From Eledone cirrhosa (Eukaryota), in assembly GCA_964016885.1 (NCBI GenBank), contig OZ024740.1:156984001-157048000 (forward strand): 64,000 nt of DNA, written 5' to 3'. Position 1 is the first letter of the stretch, and the number at the start of each line of letters is the position of its first letter. A program made the translations under genes and the position numbers. The notes beneath the pieces are model-generated. The model saw only the letters and a program-made list of their open reading frames with translations. It made no database searches and had not been told where the DNA came from. Below are positions 56,587-64,000 of this stretch, piece by piece.

Positions 56587-57105
56587 AATAATGGAGCAAC
56601 ATTTGTGCAGAATTATTGTTTGTGCAATAAGATATTTGCAGATCTGTACTTGGTCTGCTCTTTAGCCAACTCGGTACGTTTAGAAGCTCTACGCTCGGCT
56701 TGCTTTTGAGATATAATAGCTGAATTTGCAGATCTATACTTGGCCTGCTTGTTTGCCAACTCATACCGTTTTGAACATCTATACTTGGCCTGTTTTTGTG
56801 TTAATTTAGCAAAATTCACAGCTCTATAATCGGCCTGTTTTTGTCTCAACTTCTCCCGATTCCGCATCCGGTAAGCTGCTTTCACATCCAATTTAATACG
56901 CCCATCTAGATTATTAGCACAGGAATGTGAACAAGCTTGTGGGACCGCATCATTGTAAGTATATGAACTGCCTGCAACATCAAGACCCAATTCACAAGTG
57001 TAGCGTTGCTCATTCACATCGGCAGTGGGGACACCAAAATCAGTGACAGGTCTCGATTCACTCGCGAGATACATCACAGCTACACTATATATTTAAACAT
57101 ATATA

Positions 57106-57170
57106 CAGTGATACCTCGCTACTTGGCGGTTCAACTATCGCGGATTCACGATTTCGCGCATTTTTAGAAT
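57106..57170 (+). mobile_element. Tc1/mariner-pogo (Tigger-like) terminal remnant
   Basis: TA|cagtgatacctcgctacttggcggttcaactatcgcggattc; the other end was not found. Confidence 0.45.
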
Positions 57171-57353
57171 ATATATATGAACACCTAAAATTTTTCATTA
57201 AATCCATTAAAATATTAATAATAAACACAGTTCTAATCATACGCTATATATATATATATAAATATAAGTAATTAATACCGTATAAATGGTACAAAGACTG
57301 TTTATGTAAAATGTATTTCTCAACAGAGTATTGAATACTTAGGAGAAATTCAA

Positions 57354-57547
57354 AACGAAGAGTGATAAAATTTCAAGCAAAGAGTTTAATTAGGTAATGA
57401 CTTACAAATTTGTTTCAGTATATAGACAAAGCCTGAAGCGCTAATTATAATAATTAGTTAATAATATTATATTAAAGATATACTGAAACAAATTTGTAAG
57501 TCATTACCTAATTAAACTCTTTGCTTGAAATGTTATCATTCTTCGTT
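57354..57547. repeat. Inverted repeat of about 70 bp, probable PLE fold-back end
   Basis: aacgaagagtgata..tttcagtatat / atatactGAAAcaaatttgTAagt..cttcgtt, which includes a hammerhead 3' half with palindromic stem III. Confidence 0.6.
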
Positions 57548-58895
57548 GAGAGAGAGAGAGATTTATCTAGTCCTTCGCTCAAGATTAATCTATAAGTTTA
57601 GATGTCTGCCTTCGTTTAAGTAAATATTACAGTAAGATTTTTAATATAAACAACTACAAAAAACAATTAATATTAAAACGAAAAAATTATCAATGATAAA
57701 AGAAGCGGATGCAACTTTTTTTTTTATAAAGTTATATTCCTGTTTCTTTAAAGAACATTTCATTTTTGTTCTATTGTAGGCGAAATAATGCAATGGTTTA
57801 ATAGGGAAGATATAACTTACCAATTATGTCTCTAACCGTGTAACGCTTTTTAAGTAGATAACTACAATTGAAAATACTAAAGAAATGGAACCAACAATTC
57901 AATTTGAAAGTCGTCTACTTATAGTGACAGTGTATTACTGGTACTTTATTTTATCGACCCCGTAACGATGAAAGGCAAAAATGCAAATGTTTAAAATTTA
58001 AATTGCCTTAATTCTATCGTCTGCTGTTTCATTAAAGGGAGATTCTCGTCTGTATTTAATTCTATCGTCTACTGTTCCACTAAACAGATATACCTCCACT
58101 ATCGTCTCTATTTATACATTTTAACTTATAACTTATACACATTTGATTTGAAATATTTTATCTAGTCCCCCCTCTCAATATTATGATGATTTCTTTCGAA
58201 TGAAACAGTTCTAGTCCTGTAGAAGCCATTTATATATATAATTGAACTGAGTTAAAAATTCACAATATTTATAATTAAATAAGCTCATATATATATGTGT
58301 GTATTTATCTGTTTATTGTATTATATATAATGTGTGTATATACAGGATGTCCCCCAAAAATATATACACACTTCAACAGCATTCTAATAACTATTGCCTG
58401 TACAGGTAATCAAAGTGTCAATCGAATGTTAGTTTCGTGTTTTAACAGTACAAATTTACAATACACACATAAAACCAGTGTATATACATACATGAGTGTG
58501 TATACACATACATGAATGTGTATATACAATATATATGTATATATATATAGACACATATATTCACGGTGCAACGGAACATTAAAATATAGATGCGGTAGGG
58601 GGGTGTATATATAGGGGCGCTGGGGATAAAGGAGTGTAAAGCGTGTGTAATTGATATATTGAAGGAGAGGAGCGTGCAGCGATAGAGTAACAAATATATA
58701 GAGAGGGGGAGAGATGGTATTGAAGGGGAGGAGTGCAAAGCGAAAGAGTAAGAGAGATATATATAGAGACGGAACAGATAGAGAGAAACAGGCGTAAGTA
58801 ACAGTGGAAGAGATATATAGAGAGGGGGAAATGTGTTATTGAAGGGGAGGAGTGTAAAGCGAAAGCGTAAGATATATATAGAGAGAGGGGGAATA

Positions 58896-58937
<42 letters not shown>

Positions 58938-59109
58938 ACACTTACTCTGATTGGTTGAAAATTAGCCAATGACATACGATCACCACCACCACGGCTATCC
59001 CCGAAAAATTTATGAAGAAGCTAGGCATATATGTTAGAACACGAAAAGTGAACATTCTGTTGTTTCACACTTTTCGTGTTCTAACAGATATATATATATA
59101 TATATATAT

Positions 59110-59370
59110 AACAAAGGAATTGTGGTAAGGAACCACATGGACCATAACGCACCAGAGTACTCAATACTTAGGGTAGTAGAGTGAGAAATAGGAAAAAAGT
59201 ATGACCCCGACGGCAGAGCTCAAGCCGTTTCGACGGCTATTTCTGGACTAAATTCTAATTTAGTCCAGAAATAGCCGTCATACTTTTTTCCTATTTCTCA
59301 CTTTACTACCCTAAGTAGTGAGTACTCTGGTGCGTTATGGTCCATGTGGTTCCTTACCACATTTCCTTTG

Positions 59371-59372
<2 letters not shown>
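59110..59372. mobile_element. Palindromic PLE-tail unit inside (TA)n
   Basis: Arms fold at about 59255. The left arm holds a hammerhead 3' half, GAAA cggc..gccg TC (minus strand). Confidence 0.75.
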
Positions 59373-59428
<56 letters not shown>

Positions 59429-59635
59429 TCTAGCTCTATATATCTATCAACCTTTCTACTCATCTCTCTCTCTCTTTCTCTGTATATATATATAAATATA
59501 TACACACACGTATGTATGGATGGATGTATATATGTATTTATGCATGTATGCATGTATTTATGCATGTATGCATATATATATTCATGTATGTATGTATGCA
59601 TGTATCTATGCATGTAAGTATATATATACATGTAC

Positions 59636-59666
<31 letters not shown>

Positions 59667-59984
59667 TGTATGTGAGGGCAACTTCAGAGGAACATATAAA
59701 CAAACTCATCTATATATCTCTAAATCTATGCTAAATATCTTAACCTATTCCCTATAAAATCTACTAAGCAAATTCATTCTTTTCCGTCTACTTAACTTTC
59801 ATCTCGTTTATTTTTCAGCTTTATTTCTCCATATATTTTTTCTTTGATGTTTTATCTTTATCCCATAATACGTACTACATTGTGAACACTTTGCTATGGC
59901 CTTCTTGCAGTTTTGGCAGTCTGCAAAATCAGATTATTTCTAATCACCATACGATAGTTTCGAGATCTAATTACAATTACTGAT

Positions 59985-60064
<80 letters not shown>

Positions 60065-61124
60065 ACTATCTTTCTTTCTCTCTGTCTCTTTCTCGCTCTC
60101 TCTCCCTATCTATTTATCTCTCCCTCTCTGTCTCTTTCTCGCTCTCTCTCTCTCTATCTATCAATCTATCTCTCCCTCGCTATCTCTTTCTCTCTCTCTC
60201 TCTCTATATATATATCTACCTCTCTCTTTCTCTCTCTTTCTATTTTTCTTTCTTTCACTCTCTCCCCCTCTTTCTATCTTCCTCTCTCTCTCCCTCTCTC
60301 TCTCTCTGTAAACACACATATATGTGTATGTATGTTTGTGTGTTTGTGTGTCTGCGTGTGTGTGTGTGTGTGCACGCGTGTATGTGTAATACAAAAGAAG
60401 GCAAAAGAAAACGGAGACTACCAGAAAATAATAACATGTGGAAAGAAGCTACCCAGCGTTGGATACCATCGCAATTTAGCGTCATTACTGAGACTAGCAG
60501 AAAACCCACCCTTCGGGTAGTTTTCTGCTAGCATGTGTGGTGTGCATATTGAAATTATACGCAAGTATATATGCATGTAGATATGATACATCAAATAAAA
60601 TCATAATTGACAATATCCACAGAAATTGAACGAAGACTGCGTTACACACTCTTATGTAATCAGTAACGAAATCCATGATACATTAAAAGAAGACGATATT
60701 ATATATAAACTGCATTAGGAGAAAATTAGTGACGGAAATATATGTATGTTTCTTTAAGCGATCGCTAACCGGAAGTGTTGACATTTGAACATTTTAAAGA
60801 AGTGAATCTTAAAATAAGCAACAAAATTATTTATATTTAATCAAGAATAACGAAATTTAGTAGATAAATTATGTAATATTCATTCATTATTTATTCAAAG
60901 TAATCCAACTTATTTTACAAACGGGATAAAAAAAAATATTCTGGACGCAGTCCTGCACTCCTTACTTTATTATAGTTTAGATGATGCTCACGATGTAGAA
61001 TACATGAAATAACAATGCAACGCTTCGGCCTACTATCGTGTATACTATGTAGTTGCTGCTAGTCCTATGTCTTAACACCTAAGAGAGCACAATACATGTG
61101 TGTATGAACAACAACAACAACGAC

Positions 61125-61262
61125 AATTGTTTCTATTTTAGGCACAAGGCCAGCAATTTGGGGGAAGAGGAAAGTCGATTAAATCGACCCCAGTGCATTT
61201 CTGTTGCCTTATTTTATCGACCTCGTAAGGATGAAAGGCAAAGCTAATATCGGCGGAATTTT
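61125..61262 (-). mobile_element. SINE fragment
   Basis: ttgtttctattttaggcacaaggccagc...ggatgaaaggcaaag. Confidence 0.75.
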
Positions 61263-61274
61263 AAAATAATAATA

Positions 61275-63735
61275 AGGCATAAATAATCCGGAGGTATGAA
61301 AAGTACCAACAGTTTTTTTTAACAAAACCATCTATTTCACTCAAATTCGAAATGACTCTAACAAGAACTTAATAGGAATAAAATATAAGTTAGTGTTGCC
61401 CCGAAAGTAAAAGAAATCGAGGAGAAGAAACATTACCATGCAGGAACAACGAACACAGCAGCTGAATAACAACAAATATTACAACAAATGAAGTGTTTAA
61501 CGCACTGAAAAAATCAAGCAACTGGAATGCACCCGGACATGACAAGTTCCCCAGCATTTGGTTGAGATATTTAACAGGGACATATGGTGTAGTTGCTAAA
61601 AGGTTTAATGAGATGCTGACAGGGTCAGAAAAAAAAACACATGATTGACTCTCCAAGAGGAAAACCACTTGATTCCCAAAAATAATGACAGCGAACTTCC
61701 AAAACTACAGGCCGATAACATGCCTGTCTACTATATAAAAAAAACTTTAACTGCAGTAGTATTGCAGAAACTGAACAAACATCTGGGAAAATGCAACCTT
61801 CTTCCAGAAGAACAGAAAGTATTCTACAAAGGCTGATATGTCTATATATACCAGTTGCTAATCAATAAACCCTAAACCGAAAACTGTAGTATGACATGGA
61901 TCGATGACGAAAAGGCTTTGACAGTGTTCCACATACATGGATCCTAAATATGATAAAGTATTACTAACAATAAAAACAATTATCAAGCATACCATAAGTT
62001 AGTGGTAGACAGTTCTTCGGACAGAAACTAAGGATTGAACTATAAAAATTCGGTCCATCAACAGAAGGATATGTGACGGAGATTCCCTATCACCATATCT
62101 GAGACACTAAACAAACTTGGACTAAAAAATTAATTAGCTCCCATATTTATGGATGTTCTAAAGCTGTATGCTGCAGACAAAAAGACAACTCAAAACCCTG
62201 CTACTGATATTACACGAATTTGCAAAAGATTTAGACATGTAATTTGGCTTAGAAAAATGTGTCAATGCAATTCTAAAGAGAGGAAAACTAGTGAAAAACA
62301 ATAATATCATACTAGATAAAGAAACTGAGATAAGAGAATTAGATAAAACACAGACATACAAATACTTAGGAATCAACGAACACACAGAGAAGAAAGAAAA
62401 GATTAGAAAGTAATACTATAGATGGATTAGATTACTACTTAAAACTGATCCACATGCAAAGAATAAGGTAATTGCCATCAATACTCTAGTGATCCCAGTA
62501 ATATGCTAGTTTTAATATTCTGAACTGGATACTAAAAAAACGAGCAGGAATAGACAGAAAAATAAGAAACATAATGACTGAATTTAGAATAGGCCATCCA
62601 AATTCAGATGTAGAAAAATTATGCCTTTCACGAACTTATGCAACTAGAAATCTCTTATAAAATAACTAATGTAAGACTACAAAAAAAAAAAATTATGAAT
62701 AACAAAGTAAAGATGATAGAAATAGCCACGAAATGTGAACAAAATAAGAAATTGTTCTGTCTTGAAGGTGGTCAACACATTCAAAACAGACGCCAGATTA
62801 ACAGATAACTGTGGCAAAAATGAAAACAAAGAAGAAACAATAATAGAAATTGTGAAAAACATAAAATCAAAATTGAAAACAGATCTCCAGAATGCCATGT
62901 TATAACGATGGGAAGAAAATCACTTACATGGTCAATACCTGAAAGAACTGAATTGAGAGGGTACAAATCTCTCTAAACTGGCTACGATGTATTGGACTAA
63001 AGGCCGAGACGGAAGGATTTTTTATTTCAGCACAAGATCAAAGCCACCCCGCCAGAAATACACAATGAAGCAGAAAACAGTAAGAGATATAGCAGAATAA
63101 GTGGAGATGGGGAAGAAACAAATAGCCACATTATCTCTCTTTGCCCAGTCTTAGACAAAAAGGAATATATCCATAGACATGATAAAGTTGGGATTTACAT
63201 ATACTGAACGTTATGCCAACATTCTGAGATACCAACAGAAAAAAGATGGGACAGACAAACACAAAAAAATGTGTCAAAGAATAACAAAGCAAACATTCTC
63301 TGAGATATGTCAATACACAGAGACAAGAAGATCAACGCCAACCGACTGGATAGTATAGTCAAAGACAACAAAGAACAACAATGTTTTCTAACTGATGTAA
63401 CAATCCCCAAGGAAATGGAGAAACTATCCAAATATAAAGAGCTAGAAATAGAAATGACCCGAATGTGGATGATGAAAAAACAAAAACAATACCTATAATA
63501 GTAGGTACTATGGGAATAGTAAAAACCACAAACAAATACATAACCGAAACCTCAAAACTAACAAATATATACAGCAACACAAGGCACTGCACACATATTA
63601 TAAAGATTACACTCAATACAATAGAAACAAAGCCATTAAAGATCACATTGCACAAGTCCAAGACTCATAGAGCTGCGCTCATTCAAGATGGGCAATAATA
63701 ATAATAATAATAATATTAATAATAATAATAATAAT
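61275..63735 (+). mobile_element. Degenerate R4/Dong-type LINE ending in (TAA)n
   Basis: Remnants KSSNWNAPGHD, LLPEEQK, AFDSVPHTW, GDSLSP, FMD.LKLYA, YKYLGI, GLKAETEGF..AQDQ, HRHDKVG, DVTIP..EKLSKY. (AAT)n at both ends. Confidence 0.85.
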
Positions 63736-64000
63736 ATATGTATATCTGATAGAAAAATAATATTTCACCGGTATAACGAAAGTAGTTTTCGTACAAATCA
63801 GTTTTAGCTCAAGAAACAATTATTCAGAGTGATAATATAATTAAGTTTAATTATCTTAAATGAATGATTAACTGAAATAATCAATTCTTTTTAGAATGTA
63901 TGTTAACACACACACACACACACACATACACATACACACACATATACACACACACACACATCATATACATATATATTTTATACTGACACATGCGTCTTTC

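Overview
AT-rich, microsatellite-saturated animal DNA (the SINE/LINE repertoire suggests an octopus-like cephalopod; this is inference). I found no host gene, rRNA, tRNA or CRISPR, and most ORF-track entries are simple-repeat artefacts. The window is dominated by retroelements. There are at least 10 families of Penelope-like elements (PLEs; RT + GIY-YIG; Naiad-like, Neptune-like and one unassigned clade), nearly all inserted in (TA)n tracts. Also present: a near full-length RTE LINE, two R4/Dong-type RLE LINEs, a CR1/L2 fragment, many tRNA-type SINEs and a few DNA-transposon MITEs. The most notable structure is in the PLEs. They recur as fold-back units (inverted pseudo-LTRs, up to a 3.4-kb palindrome) carrying type-I hammerhead ribozymes on both strands. 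About 8 sequence-unrelated PLE 3' ends share a bulged stem-loop (RCTC-inner stem-1/2-nt bulge-GAGY), and in 5 separate elements the inverted copy stops 2-7 nt before it. Coordinates were read by eye and boundaries are approximate.
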